From a bacterium (GTDB lineage Bacteria > Patescibacteriota > Minisyncoccia > Phycocordibacterales > UBA9973), in NCBI GenBank assembly GCA_027484965.1, contig JAIXRY010000015.1, positions 1,622-65,621 on the forward strand: a DNA stretch of 64,000 nucleotides, given 5' to 3'. The notes below the pieces were generated by a model that was given only the letters and a program-made list of their open reading frames with translations, was not told where the DNA came from and made no database searches. Each line of letters starts with the position of its first letter. Within the stretch, counting starts at the first letter, position 1. Positions 9,691 through 19,226 of this stretch are shown one piece after another. The position numbers were made by a program, and so were the translations under genes.

Positions 9691-12426
9691 ATGGAACAAT
9701 TTGATATTCCCAATCTCCCTCAATTTAAATCACCAGAAGAAGAGATCGCTTTTCTTCGTGCTCACATAGAAAAGAAAGAGCAAGAATTAAAAGGTAGTAA
9801 TATTGAAAAAGAAGTAATTGCAAAAGAAACTTTAAATACATACAAAGAGATTTCAAAGAATGATGTTTTTCATAAAAAAATAAACATAGAAACTCATGAG
9901 GTAGAATCTCTTGTACTTCGTCTTGCTCCCGAAACCCATGATAATACCATGGAAGAGTTGCTCGGTATTCTCCTTACAAAAGGGATTAAGAATGCGCTCG
10001 ATGTTGTTCATGGATTAAAGAATCCTCACTTAGAAGATGACTTTCATCGCTTCCTTATACAATACCTTTTGAGTACTCACAAAATACCAGGACTTAAAGA
10101 AGGAAACTCTCTTTGGAAATCTCTTTCAAAAGTTCTTTTTGAAGTAACGCTTCCAGATAAAAATCCTAATGATCCAAGAAGTTTTAAGGATATTATTGCG
10201 ACAATGGAGCAGTTCTTTGCTGGGATGCAATATATAGGTGAAGACAAAGAAAATAAAAATAACGATGTGTATACACTCGAAATTGCTACAGCTCACGGTA
10301 ATTCTGATGTGGTGTTTTATGTAGGTGTACCAAGAGAGAAGAGTGAACTTTTTGAAAAGCAATTACTCTCTATCCATCCACTTGCTCGTATTAATGAAAT
10401 TCCAGATGACTACAATATTTTTTCTGAAGGAAATGAAACTTCTTTTGCTGTGGCAGCACTCGAAGAAAATGACGTCTTACCACTTAAGACATACGAGGCT
10501 TTTGATCGTGACCCAATAGAAATTTTTATTAATTCATTTAATAAAGTATCGAGTGTTGGTGAGGGTGCGTGTATTCAATTTGTTATTAGACCTTGTAGCC
10601 AATCAATACTTAAACATTTCTCAACTCTTTTAGAAAAAGCAAAAAAGGGTGAAGATGTAAAAAAAGAAGATACTCCTTTTGGTGATTTTGCAAAAGATTT
10701 TGGTCATGTACTTCTTGAAACTTTTTGGCTTAAAGAAGAAAAAGATAAGAAAGAAGAAGAAAAGAAACCTGAAGCCGATGGTGTTGTGGTTTCTGGTATC
10801 CAAAAGAAATTAGAAAGTACTATTACTAATGTGAATATTCGCATTATTACTTCTTCAAAAACAAAAACACGTTCAGATATGATGCTCTCTGATATAGAAG
10901 CGTCTTTCTCTCAATTTTCATTACCGGGCGGTAATGGACTAAAGTTTATTTATCAAAAAGAAAATAAACTTCATGATTTGCTTGCGGATTTTTCTTTTAG
11001 AAATTATAGCGAAGAAACAACTCTTGCTCTCAATCACAAAGAACTCGCAACTCTTATCCACTTCCCATACGGTATTACGCTTGCTCCTCAACTCAAAACA
11101 GCACGCGCAGGATCTGGTTCTGCACCATCAGACCTTCCACAAGAAGGAGTCTTGCTCGGATACAATATTTATCGTGGTGTTTCTACAGAAGTGCATATTC
11201 TTCCAGAAGACCGTATGCGTCACTTATATGTGATTGGTCAGACAGGTACAGGTAAGACGTCTATTTTGAAGAATCTTATTGCTCAAGATATTGCCCGAGG
11301 TGACGGTGTTTGTTATATCGACCCTCACGGAACAGATATCCAAGATATTCTTTCCTATATTCCAAAAGAACGTGTTGATGACGTGATATATTTTGACCCG
11401 AGTTATATGCCTCGCCCGATGGGTCTCAATATGCTCGAATTTGATGAAAGATTTCCAGAACAAAAGACTTTTGTAGTGAATGATTTGCTTGGAATATTCA
11501 ATCAGCTCTTTGATTTGAAATCGTCTGGTGGGCCAATGTTCGAACAATATTTCAGAAATGCAGCATTCTTGGTAATGGAAGATGTTGAGTCAGGATGCAC
11601 ACTTCTTGAGATTACTCGTGTACTTCAAGACAAAGCTTTTCGTGATTACAAACTTTCAAAATGTAAAAACCCTATAATCAAACAATTCTGGATTGCAGCC
11701 GAATCTTCAAAAGGTGAGCAAGGGCTCGAAAACTTTGTTACATATATCTCAAGTAAATTTGATCCATTTATCTCGAACGATATTATGCGTCCTGTTATAG
11801 GGCAAGAAAAGTCAGCATTCAATTTCCGTGAAATAATGGATAACAAAAAGATTCTATTGGTAAATCTTTCAAAGGGAAGACTTGGTGATATCAATGCGAA
11901 TCTTATCGGTCTTATCTTGGTAGGGAAGCTTCAACAAGCAGCACTTTCTCGTGTTGATATGTTTGGAAAACAGATAAATGACTTCTATCTTTATATAGAT
12001 GAATTCCAAAATGTTACGACGCCTGCAATTTCTTCAATTCTATCTGAAGCTCGTAAATACCGCTTGTCATTAAATGTCGCTCACCAATACATTGCACAGC
12101 TTCCAGAAGATACGAAGAATGCTATCTTTGGAAACGTAGGTTCTATGTGTGTATTCCGTATTTCACCTGATGACGCTGCATATCTTGAGCCAAAATTCGC
12201 CCCAACATTTACAGCAAATGATATAATGAAGCTTGAAAATAGAGTAGCCTATGCTTCAATAATTGTTAATAGAACTCCGACATCAAAACCATTCAATATT
12301 ATTACAGCTGACAATCCAAAAGGAAACAAAAATATAATTGATTCACTAAAAGAGCTTTCTTATATGAAGTTCGGCCGCCCTCGAGAAGAAGTAGATGAGA
12401 TAATAATTAGAAAATACAATAAATAA
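9691..12426 (+). CDS. Large soluble VirD4/TraG/TraD-family (type IV coupling-protein-like) P-loop ATPase. It has a roughly 480-aa uncharacterised N-terminal region and no TM helices.
   Basis: Walker A YVIGQTGTGKTS. Walker B-like LYIDEFQN, then AHQYIAQL, which matches the TraG-D_C / TrwB AAD-binding signature. A charged coiled-coil stretch (KEEKDKKEEEKKPE) lies in the N-terminal part. Confidence 0.6.
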   Translation: MEQFDIPNLPQFKSPEEEIAFLRAHIEKKEQELKGSNIEKEVIAKETLNTYKEISKNDVFHKKINIETHEVESLVLRLAPETHDNTMEELLGILLTKGIKNALDVVHGLKNPHLEDDFHRFLIQYLLSTHKIPGLKEGNSLWKSLSKVLFEVTLPDKNPNDPRSFKDIIATMEQFFAGMQYIGEDKENKNNDVYTLEIATAHGNSDVVFYVGVPREKSELFEKQLLSIHPLARINEIPDDYNIFSEGNETSFAVAALEENDVLPLKTYEAFDRDPIEIFINSFNKVSSVGEGACIQFVIRPCSQSILKHFSTLLEKAKKGEDVKKEDTPFGDFAKDFGHVLLETFWLKEEKDKKEEEKKPEADGVVVSGIQKKLESTITNVNIRIITSSKTKTRSDMMLSDIEASFSQFSLPGGNGLKFIYQKENKLHDLLADFSFRNYSEETTLALNHKELATLIHFPYGITLAPQLKTARAGSGSAPSDLPQEGVLLGYNIYRGVSTEVHILPEDRMRHLYVIGQTGTGKTSILKNLIAQDIARGDGVCYIDPHGTDIQDILSYIPKERVDDVIYFDPSYMPRPMGLNMLEFDERFPEQKTFVVNDLLGIFNQLFDLKSSGGPMFEQYFRNAAFLVMEDVESGCTLLEITRVLQDKAFRDYKLSKCKNPIIKQFWIAAESSKGEQGLENFVTYISSKFDPFISNDIMRPVIGQEKSAFNFREIMDNKKILLVNLSKGRLGDINANLIGLILVGKLQQAALSRVDMFGKQINDFYLYIDEFQNVTTPAISSILSEARKYRLSLNVAHQYIAQLPEDTKNAIFGNVGSMCVFRISPDDAAYLEPKFAPTFTANDIMKLENRVAYASIIVNRTPTSKPFNIITADNPKGNKNIIDSLKELSYMKFGRPREEVDEIIIRKYNK

Positions 12427-12480
12427 AAGTCGCATTTCTAAGGTTTTTCTGGTAAGATAGATATTATTTATTAAAATTTA

Positions 12481-12996
12481 TTGATATATTTTATGGAAAA
12501 AACACTTGTTATTATGAAGCCAGACGCTGTTCAAAGAGGAATTGTGGGAGAAATCATTTCTCGTTTTGAAAAAGTTGGATTAAAGATTGTTGGTACAAAA
12601 ATGCTTCAACCAAGCTATGATCAATATTTCCATCACTACGAAAATATAGGTAAACTAATCTCACGCAGAGGTCAGAAAACATTTGATGTTACTTTGACAA
12701 TGATGAAGCAAGGTCCTGTAATCGCTTTTGTTTTAGAAGGGGTAGAAGCTGCAGGCCTTGTTCGTAAAATGGTTGGTGCTACAGAACCAAAATCAGCCCT
12801 CCCTGGAACTATTCGCGGAGATTATTCTCATATGAGTTATGGACATGCAGACGCTAATGAACTAGGTATCCCAAATATTGTTCATGCTTCAGGTGATGCT
12901 CAAGAGGCAGAATTAGAAATAGCACACTGGTTTTCTGAAAATGAATTGTTTTCTTATGATGCGGTTCATACAAAATTTACTCAACCAACAAAATAA
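12481..12996 (+). CDS. ndk: Nucleoside diphosphate kinase, long form
   Basis: KTLVIMKPDAVQRGIVGEIISRFE and the catalytic-His region NIVHASG. Confidence 0.85.
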   Translation: MIYFMEKTLVIMKPDAVQRGIVGEIISRFEKVGLKIVGTKMLQPSYDQYFHHYENIGKLISRRGQKTFDVTLTMMKQGPVIAFVLEGVEAAGLVRKMVGATEPKSALPGTIRGDYSHMSYGHADANELGIPNIVHASGDAQEAELEIAHWFSENELFSYDAVHTKFTQPTK

Positions 12997-13026
12997 TTAA
13001 TTTATTTACGCTGACTTGAAATAATT

Positions 13027-13058
13027 AAAAAGCGGAACCCGAAGGGTTCCGCTTTTTA
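13027..13058 (+). terminator. Rho-independent terminator after ndk
   Basis: AAAAAGCGGAACCCGAAGGGTTCCGCTTTTTAA. Confidence 0.6.
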
Positions 13059-13383
13059 ATTCATATAAAGTAAGGTCTTGTATACAATCTTGTTGCTTGT
13101 TTGTAAAAAGTATGTGATGAATAAAAATTTTGTTGATGCACTAAAAAATATTTTTTTGTCTAGATTGTTTTGATTATTTATTTTGATATATACTATCATT
13201 ACGGTTATATAGAGCTGTATTATCTAGAACAATTTTTTTTAGGGAGCATGGAGTCTTGTGTTATTGTTTTACAAAAGACACAAGCAGTGCACCCACCTAG
13301 CACGGGCTAGGTTAATACGTTCTCTATAGCCGTAAAAAAACACTTCCTTAATAGGAGGTGTTTTCTTATGGTAGAATATATGT

Positions 13384-13794
13384 ATGGATTTAGAATCAAA
13401 ACAAAAATTAAAAAAGCTCTCAAATTTTCTGTTAAAAATAACAACAATTGTTTTTGTTTTACATTTTTTAGCAACAAAGCTTTACTGGTATAGTGATTTT
13501 TGGTGGTTTGATATGCTTATGCATTTTTTGGGAGGTGTTTTTATTGGTATTCTTACGTTGTATATTATTTTTCGTACACATAAAAATATACAGATGTCTG
13601 TATATATAATTACAAAATTAACAATTATTTCTGTTTTTGTTATTGGGTTTTCTTGGGAAATATACGAATATGTTGTTCAAGGTTTCACTGGTGCAATACT
13701 TGCAAACCCTCTAGATTCAATTTCTGATTTATTTTTTGATATGGCTGGCGGTCTTTATGCAGTTTATAATATTGATATTTTAAAAAATAAATAA
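13384..13794 (+). CDS. Small multi-pass membrane protein (possibly VanZ-like)
   Basis: Three to four hydrophobic helices. E..E..Q...D..D..G.. pattern near the C-terminus is weakly reminiscent of the VanZ family. A structured leader with a Shine-Dalgarno-sequestering hairpin lies upstream. Confidence 0.4.
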   Translation: MDLESKQKLKKLSNFLLKITTIVFVLHFLATKLYWYSDFWWFDMLMHFLGGVFIGILTLYIIFRTHKNIQMSVYIITKLTIISVFVIGFSWEIYEYVVQGFTGAILANPLDSISDLFFDMAGGLYAVYNIDILKNK

Positions 13795-13837
13795 TTATTA
13801 CACATTATTTTTTTATACATCGTGTTACAATAAAATT

Positions 13838-15202
13838 ATGGAACAAAAAGAATTAAAAATAACTTTCTGCTCTGGAGCAGGAAGTGTTACAGGTGCAAAC
13901 TTTTTATTGGAAGGAGAAGGTAAGAAATTTCTAGTGGACTGCGGTCTTGAGCAGGGAACAAGTGTTGCCGATCAAACAAACTGGTCTTCATTTTTATACA
14001 ATCCGAGTGAAATAGATATTCTTTTTATTACTCACGCTCATATCGATCATATCGGCCGCATCCCAAAACTAATCCAAGAAGGTTTTAAAGGAAGAATTAT
14101 TTCTACAGATGCGACTCATGAACTCGCACGTCCAATGCTCGAGGATACTATTCGTATCTTGGCTCATGAAGAAGACTTGGCAATTCACGAGATGTATACA
14201 GAAAAGAATCTTGAAAGAGCTCTCGAACTTTGGGAAGGAATTCCTTATCATCAAAATATTAATATTGATCATGGTTTCAAAATGCAATTTCTTGATTCAG
14301 GACATATTTTAGGTTCTGCAATGCTTGAGATTATTTACAATGGAAAAAAGATTGTATTCACTGGTGACCTAGGTAATTCACCTTCACCACTTTTGCGTGA
14401 TACAGAAAAATTGTCTGGTGTAGACTATTTAATCATGGAATCTGTTTATGGTGATAGAAATCACGTAGATCGTGATGTTAGAAGAAAGAGATTAGAGGCT
14501 GTTATTGAGGATAATTATGGAAGACAAGGAGTTTTGGTTATTCCGACATTTTCACTTGAGAGAAGTCAGGAGCTTCTTTATGAATTAAATGATTTTGTAG
14601 AGAATAAACGTATTCCTCAAATGCCTATTTTCTTTGATTCACCACTTGCTATTAGGCTTACTTCTGTTTACAAAAAATTCAGTCATTATTTTAATGAAGA
14701 AGCACAACAAACAGTAAATAGTGGAGATGATATATTTGCATTCCCAGGAATGAAATCAACACCAGAAACAGAAGATTCAAAAGCTATCCTCCATAGTTCA
14801 AACCCTAAGATTATTATCGCAGGTTCTGGAATGTCTAATGGTGGAAGAGTTCTTCATCATGAGAAGAATTATTTACCAGACCCAAACAATACTATTCTCC
14901 TTACTGGCTATCAAGCCTACGGGACTCTAGGACGCCATATTATGGAAGGTGCGGACGAAGTGAAGATAAATGGCGAGATAGTGCCTATAAGAGCCAAAAT
15001 AGAACAAATAGACGGGTACTCAGGTCACAAGGACTCAGATCATTTGATAGAATTTGTAGAACAAACAGCTGACTCTCTCAAACAAGTTTATGTTGTAATG
15101 GGCGAACCAAAATCTTCTCTATTTTTAGTCCAACGTCTTCGTGATTATCTTGGAGTCGATGCACAAGCACCAAGTCAGGGCGACAGTATTATTATTTCGT
15201 GA
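13838..15202 (+). CDS. Beta-CASP family MBL-fold ribonuclease (RNase J / CPSF-like)
   Basis: HAHIDHIG metal motif, GHILGSA beta-CASP motif, 454 aa. Ends with a TGA stop. Confidence 0.75.
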   Translation: MEQKELKITFCSGAGSVTGANFLLEGEGKKFLVDCGLEQGTSVADQTNWSSFLYNPSEIDILFITHAHIDHIGRIPKLIQEGFKGRIISTDATHELARPMLEDTIRILAHEEDLAIHEMYTEKNLERALELWEGIPYHQNINIDHGFKMQFLDSGHILGSAMLEIIYNGKKIVFTGDLGNSPSPLLRDTEKLSGVDYLIMESVYGDRNHVDRDVRRKRLEAVIEDNYGRQGVLVIPTFSLERSQELLYELNDFVENKRIPQMPIFFDSPLAIRLTSVYKKFSHYFNEEAQQTVNSGDDIFAFPGMKSTPETEDSKAILHSSNPKIIIAGSGMSNGGRVLHHEKNYLPDPNNTILLTGYQAYGTLGRHIMEGADEVKINGEIVPIRAKIEQIDGYSGHKDSDHLIEFVEQTADSLKQVYVVMGEPKSSLFLVQRLRDYLGVDAQAPSQGDSIIIS

Positions 15203-15214
15203 TAAACTTTCTCT

Positions 15215-15863
15215 TATGGAAGATACAAAAAAAGAAAAAGGAGAACATTTAATTTGTTATAACGGGCCGATAGGTAATGGTGACAAACATAACCATCTTA
15301 AAATTAAGATTGGAGTTTCTGGTGCTGCTGAAACAGGGCAATGTGGGCTTCATGTACTTGATCAAGCAAAAGAAGTTGGTAGAGAAATTATAAAGCAAGG
15401 AGGTATTGTGGTTACTGGAGCTACGAGTGGATTCCCACTCTGGGCTTCAATAGGCGCTAAAGACGAAAGAGGGCTAGTTATTGGACTTTCACCCGCATCG
15501 AATGAACACGAACATATTACAGCGTACAGACTACCTCTTGATTATACTGATTTGATTATATATACAGGTTTTGGTTTTCCAGGTAGAGATTTGCTCTTCA
15601 CACGAAGTTGTGACGCTCTCATCGTAGGGTGTGGCCGTGTAGGTACTATTCATGAGTTCACTATTGCTTTCGAAGATAATAAACCAATCGGTATTTTAGA
15701 AGGAGAGTGGGCAACAGATGAAATTCTTAGAGAGATTATGGAAAAGGGAAATAGAACAAGTGATAAAGTTATATTTGATTCTGATCCAAAAAAGCTAGTA
15801 GAAAGAGTTATGGCTTTGGTTATAAAAGATAAAGATAAAGAATTCACTCCTATAGCACAGTAA
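15215..15863 (+). CDS. TIGR00725 / LOG-SLOG family Rossmann-fold nucleotide-binding protein (ORF track start 15141 overlaps the upstream gene; ATG 15215 preferred)
   Basis: IGVSGAAE...GG.VVTGATSGFPLWASIGAKDERGLVIGLSP matches the LOG/TIGR00725 glycine-rich pattern. Confidence 0.5.
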
Positions 15864-15910
15864 TAAACACAAAAAATTCCGCTTATGAGCGGAATTTTTT
15901 GTGTTTATTA
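15863..15910. terminator. Bidirectional terminator shared by the convergent LOG-like gene and rplT
   Basis: Palindrome AATAAACACAAAAAATTCCGCTTATGAGCGGAATTTTTTGTGTTTATT. Confidence 0.6.
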
Positions 15911-16252
15911 CTTTACCTTTTCTACGATTCTTGCGAATGTTTCTGGGTTTTCTTGAGCAATTTGTGAGAGTATTTTCCTGTCTATTTCAATTTCTGCTTT
16001 CTTTAGAGCTCCAATGAATTTACTGTAAGACATACCGATTGCGTGTAGCATTGCGTTGATTTGTACTGTCCACATGCGACGACGGTCATTCTTTTTGTCG
16101 CGACGGTGAGCAAAAGCAATGTTTCCAGCGTGAGCTATAGCTTCGCGTGCTTGTCTTTCTTTTGTACTGCGTCCATAACGAAATCCTTTTACTTGTGAGA
16201 GGATATTTCTTCGACGTTTGAGTGAGGTTGTTCCTCTTTTGATACGTGTCAT
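15908..16252 (-). CDS. rplT: 50S ribosomal protein L20
   Basis: MTRIKRG...RRR...QA.G.....R......A......A...A...R...KR..R.LW. .RINA, typical of L20. Confidence 0.92.
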   Translation of the reverse strand: MTRIKRGTTSLKRRRNILSQVKGFRYGRSTKERQAREAIAHAGNIAFAHRRDKKNDRRRMWTVQINAMLHAIGMSYSKFIGALKKAEIEIDRKILSQIAQENPETFARIVEKVK

Positions 16253-16288
16253 ATAATTAAAAAATAGTGATTAAATAAAAGGGTTAAA

Positions 16289-16480
16289 CTATGCACTTGG
16301 AAGAAAACGTGACTTGTCTTTTGGTGAAATAGTGAAGTCTTGCATCTTCTTTCCTGTAAGTTGTTTGGTGCGTGATTGTTTCGCGTTAAAGTGATTGAAA
16401 CCAGGAGTACGTGCAAGAACCTTACCTGTACGGGTTAATTTCAAACGTTTTGCGAGTGATTTGTTTGTTTTATTACTCAT
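16289..16480 (-). CDS. rpmI: 50S ribosomal protein L35
   Basis: 63-aa basic protein (KRLKLTRTGKVLARTPGFNHF) between infC and rplT. Confidence 0.88.
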   Translation of the reverse strand: MSNKTNKSLAKRLKLTRTGKVLARTPGFNHFNAKQSRTKQLTGKKMQDFTISPKDKSRFLPSA

Positions 16481-16646
16481 ATGTTTTTTGATACGGACAT
16501 AAAGTAGACCGCACCAGATAGGGGAGATTATATCATAAGGAAATAAAAAATGCTAGCCCAGTAACAATTTATTACAGTAAAAAGTATTTATAGATAAAGG
16601 AATTCAAAAATAAACAAAAAAGTCCTTTTTATAAGGACTTTTTTGT

Positions 16647-17165
16647 TTATTGAGGTTTTTTTGTATCTTTTTCTATCGTAAGCATCATTCCTTTTGGAAT
16701 CTTTTTGAGGGGTTCGGCAACTTTGAAGTTCTCTGTAATAAGGTTTAGAACACGATTTAGACGTTCTTTGAGGAAGTCTTCCTGCATGTATTTTGAACGT
16801 CCTTGAAGATATAGTTCTACTTTGATACGATGACCTTCTTTAAGCCATTTTGAGGCTGCTTTTGCTTTCATTTCAAGATCGTTTTCACTTGTTCCTGGTT
16901 TCACTTGAATAGATTTTGTTTCTGTTGGTTTTGCTCCTGCCTTTGCTTTCTTTTGCTTTTTGTTTTCTGCATATTGCCACTTTCCGTAATCCATCAACTT
17001 TGCAATAGGGGGTTTTGCGTTAGGCGATATTTCTATAAGGTCAACATTGCGTTCAACAGCCATTTTCATTGCTTCTTCCAAAGGGAAAACACCGAGGTTT
17101 TGTCCCTCTTCGTCAATGAGTCTCAATTCTTGAGCTCTTATTCTACTGTTTATACGAATATTCAC
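16647..17165 (-). CDS. infC: Translation initiation factor IF-3
   Basis: IRINSRIRAQELRLIDEEGQ...G, the IF3 N- and C-domain pattern. Conserved infC-rpmI-rplT operon. Confidence 0.88.
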   Translation of the reverse strand: MNIRINSRIRAQELRLIDEEGQNLGVFPLEEAMKMAVERNVDLIEISPNAKPPIAKLMDYGKWQYAENKKQKKAKAGAKPTETKSIQVKPGTSENDLEMKAKAASKWLKEGHRIKVELYLQGRSKYMQEDFLKERLNRVLNLITENFKVAEPLKKIPKGMMLTIEKDTKKPQ

Positions 17166-17298
17166 GAGTTACAGAAGATTATCTGATATTTATATAATAC
17201 TAGAGAATTGATTTAAAAACAAGATATCCTCGCTCAATGAAATAATACAGAATACGTAATTATAAATTTCATATCATTTTTGATATACTCGCAATATA

Positions 17299-18054
17299 AT
17301 GGAATTAAAAAAGGGAATTCATCTTATATATAAAAACGAAGGGGAAACACCTCTTTTTGCTATGGAAGAATACCGAAAAGAAAAAGGAATCCCAAAAGAA
17401 ATTTCTCTTACATATGCCGGACGTCTTGATCCAATGGCAAAAGGTTTACTTCTGGTGCTTTCTGAAGACGAGGTTTTTAATAAAGAAAAATATACAAATT
17501 TGAAAAAGATTTATAAATTTCAAATACTTTTCGGTGTTTCTACAGACACGGGAGATGTGTTGGGGATAGTTACTAGCAACAAGAAACAAGAAACTAAAAT
17601 ACAAAATACAGAAATACAAAAAATACTTAAATCTTTTGTCGGGAAACAAGAACAAAATTACCCAATGTACTCATCAAAAACTGTGAATGGAATACCGCTG
17701 TGGCAGTATGCTCGTGGTGATTTAAAGCTTGAAGAAATTCCAAAACATGAAATAGAAATATTTGATCTAAAATTAGAAGGATTGGAAATAAAAAAAGGAA
17801 AAGAAATTTTGAATGAAGTCGAAAATCGCACACAAAAATTGAGTGGAGATTTTCGACAAGAAGAAATTATAAATTCTTGGAAAGAAAGTCTAGAAAATTT
17901 AAAAGAAGAAGAATTTTTTATTGCCACATGTATTGCTGAAGTTTCTTCTGGAACATATATTCGCGTACTCTCAGAAAGTATTGGTGAGAAATTAAATACA
18001 CCATCACTTGCGTATAATATCGAAAGAATTCAGATAGGTGAGTATAAATTGTGA
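17299..18054 (+). CDS. truB: tRNA pseudouridine(55) synthase TruB-like
   Basis: Catalytic-Asp motif AGRLDPMAKGLLLV and the downstream TDTGD motif of the TruB family. Confidence 0.75.
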   Translation: MELKKGIHLIYKNEGETPLFAMEEYRKEKGIPKEISLTYAGRLDPMAKGLLLVLSEDEVFNKEKYTNLKKIYKFQILFGVSTDTGDVLGIVTSNKKQETKIQNTEIQKILKSFVGKQEQNYPMYSSKTVNGIPLWQYARGDLKLEEIPKHEIEIFDLKLEGLEIKKGKEILNEVENRTQKLSGDFRQEEIINSWKESLENLKEEEFFIATCIAEVSSGTYIRVLSESIGEKLNTPSLAYNIERIQIGEYKL

Positions 18055-18066
18055 TAGAATATACAT

Positions 18067-18513
18067 ATGATTTTTGCGGAGAATAGAAAAGCAAAATTTA
18101 ATTATCAAATCATTGATAGATTTGAAGCGGGAATACAACTTTCAGGGCAAGAAGTGAAGGCTATTCGTGTAGGTAAGGTGAATCTCGATAGTACTTTTGC
18201 TATTATTCGTGGCGGAGAAATGTTTTTGATTGGAACTCAAATTCAACCCTTTCAAGAGAAGAATGTGGGGGGTGGTTATGACAAAGAAAGAACCAGAAAA
18301 CTCTTATTAAGAAAGGCTGAAATAACAAAATTAGAAAAGATTCTTCACGAACAAAAATTGACCTTAATTGGTACTATGTTGTATAATAAGGGACGCAATA
18401 TCAAGATTGAAATAGCTCTCGGAAAAGGTAAAAAAGAGTTCGATAAACGAGAAACTATTAAGAAAAGAGATATTGATAAAGAGATAAATCGTTTAATGAA
18501 AAACAAGCGATAG
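18067..18513 (+). CDS. smpB: SsrA-binding protein SmpB
   Basis: NRKAKFNYQI.DRFEAGIQL.G.EVK..R...V.L sequence. tmRNA lies immediately downstream. Confidence 0.9.
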   Translation: MIFAENRKAKFNYQIIDRFEAGIQLSGQEVKAIRVGKVNLDSTFAIIRGGEMFLIGTQIQPFQEKNVGGGYDKERTRKLLLRKAEITKLEKILHEQKLTLIGTMLYNKGRNIKIEIALGKGKKEFDKRETIKKRDIDKEINRLMKNKR

Positions 18514-18605
18514 AACTTTGAAAAATAGTAAGTAAATTTTTGCCCTTCGGCGATTTTCAATAAGATTGAAAATTTTCTCAGGACGAATTTTACTTCGTAA
18601 AATTC

Positions 18606-18985
18606 GGGAGTGCTAGGCTTCGACAGGTGACATTCTTCTATATGGTGCATGTCGAGTTCGTGTCTATATCGTAAAAAGAGACACAAAACACGAAATGCAA
18701 AAAACACTTTTGCGGTAAAATCTCCTTTCTTCGGATTTGCAGATTTTGCTTTTGCTCGCGCTTAAGCGAACAATGGTTGTTATTTTGACATCTGATAAAA
18801 TTAACAACTATCATACACATCAGGTTGCAAAGAATTCTTGTCTCGAGGATTCTTTAAAGACATAGAGACACCTCTATTACTTTTTTGTTTTGCTTTAATG
18901 TAATAGATCAAATAAGCATAACTACACATGTAGATCTGTATAGAAAATTCATTTGGACGGGGGTTCGATTCCCCCCACTTCCACA
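18606..18985 (+). ncRNA. ssrA: tmRNA (ssrA), one-piece, about 380 nt
   Basis: 5' end GGGAGTGCTAGGCTTCGACAGG...GGTGCATGTCGAG resembles the E. coli 5' tRNA-like domain. The 3' end GGACGGGGGTTCGATTCCCCC + CACTTCC + A forms a T-arm plus a 7-bp acceptor stem with 5' GGGAGUG (one G-U pair). The candidate tag frame begins near 18697 (GCA) and ends ...FADFAFARA at the TAA at 18763-18765. Confidence 0.75.
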
Positions 18986-19032
18986 AATTAAAAAACCAAC
19001 AATTCTGTTGGTTTTTTAATTTGTGGAAGTGG
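18975..19032. repeat. Long perfect inverted repeat (about 27 bp arms) that includes the tmRNA 3' acceptor end. Likely terminator.
   Basis: CCACTTCCACAAATTAAAAAACCAACA / TGTTGGTTTTTTAATTTGTGGAAGTGG. Confidence 0.55.
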
Positions 19033-19226
19033 AGTAAAGCACCTGCGTGCTTTACGTGGAGAATCGAAAGGAGTTTCATTATTGAACGTAGTGAAATTGA
19101 AACTCACCTGCCGACGTAGTCGGCGATTCCCTTGAATTTTATAATAAAATATCTAGTGATTCGTGAGTCAATTCCTCTAAAAAATACTTACTTGTGACCA
19201 ACTCAATTTATGACGAGGAGTAATAC

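Noticed and set aside
13066-13383. Possible SRP RNA or RNase P RNA in the 320-bp gap after ndk
   Set aside because: AAGCAG is present but no conserved GGAA/GNRA domain-IV motif. Too short for RNase P. Treated as a structured mRNA leader instead.
17446-17927. Three minus-strand ORFs inside truB
   Set aside because: They are antisense to truB. Lys/Phe-rich translations typical of AT-rich antisense frames.
18345-19079. Three minus-strand ORFs (120, 60 and 92 aa) spanning the smpB 3' end, the tmRNA and its flank
   Set aside because: They overlap a well-supported tmRNA and its terminator palindrome. Low-complexity translations. Typical antisense artefacts.
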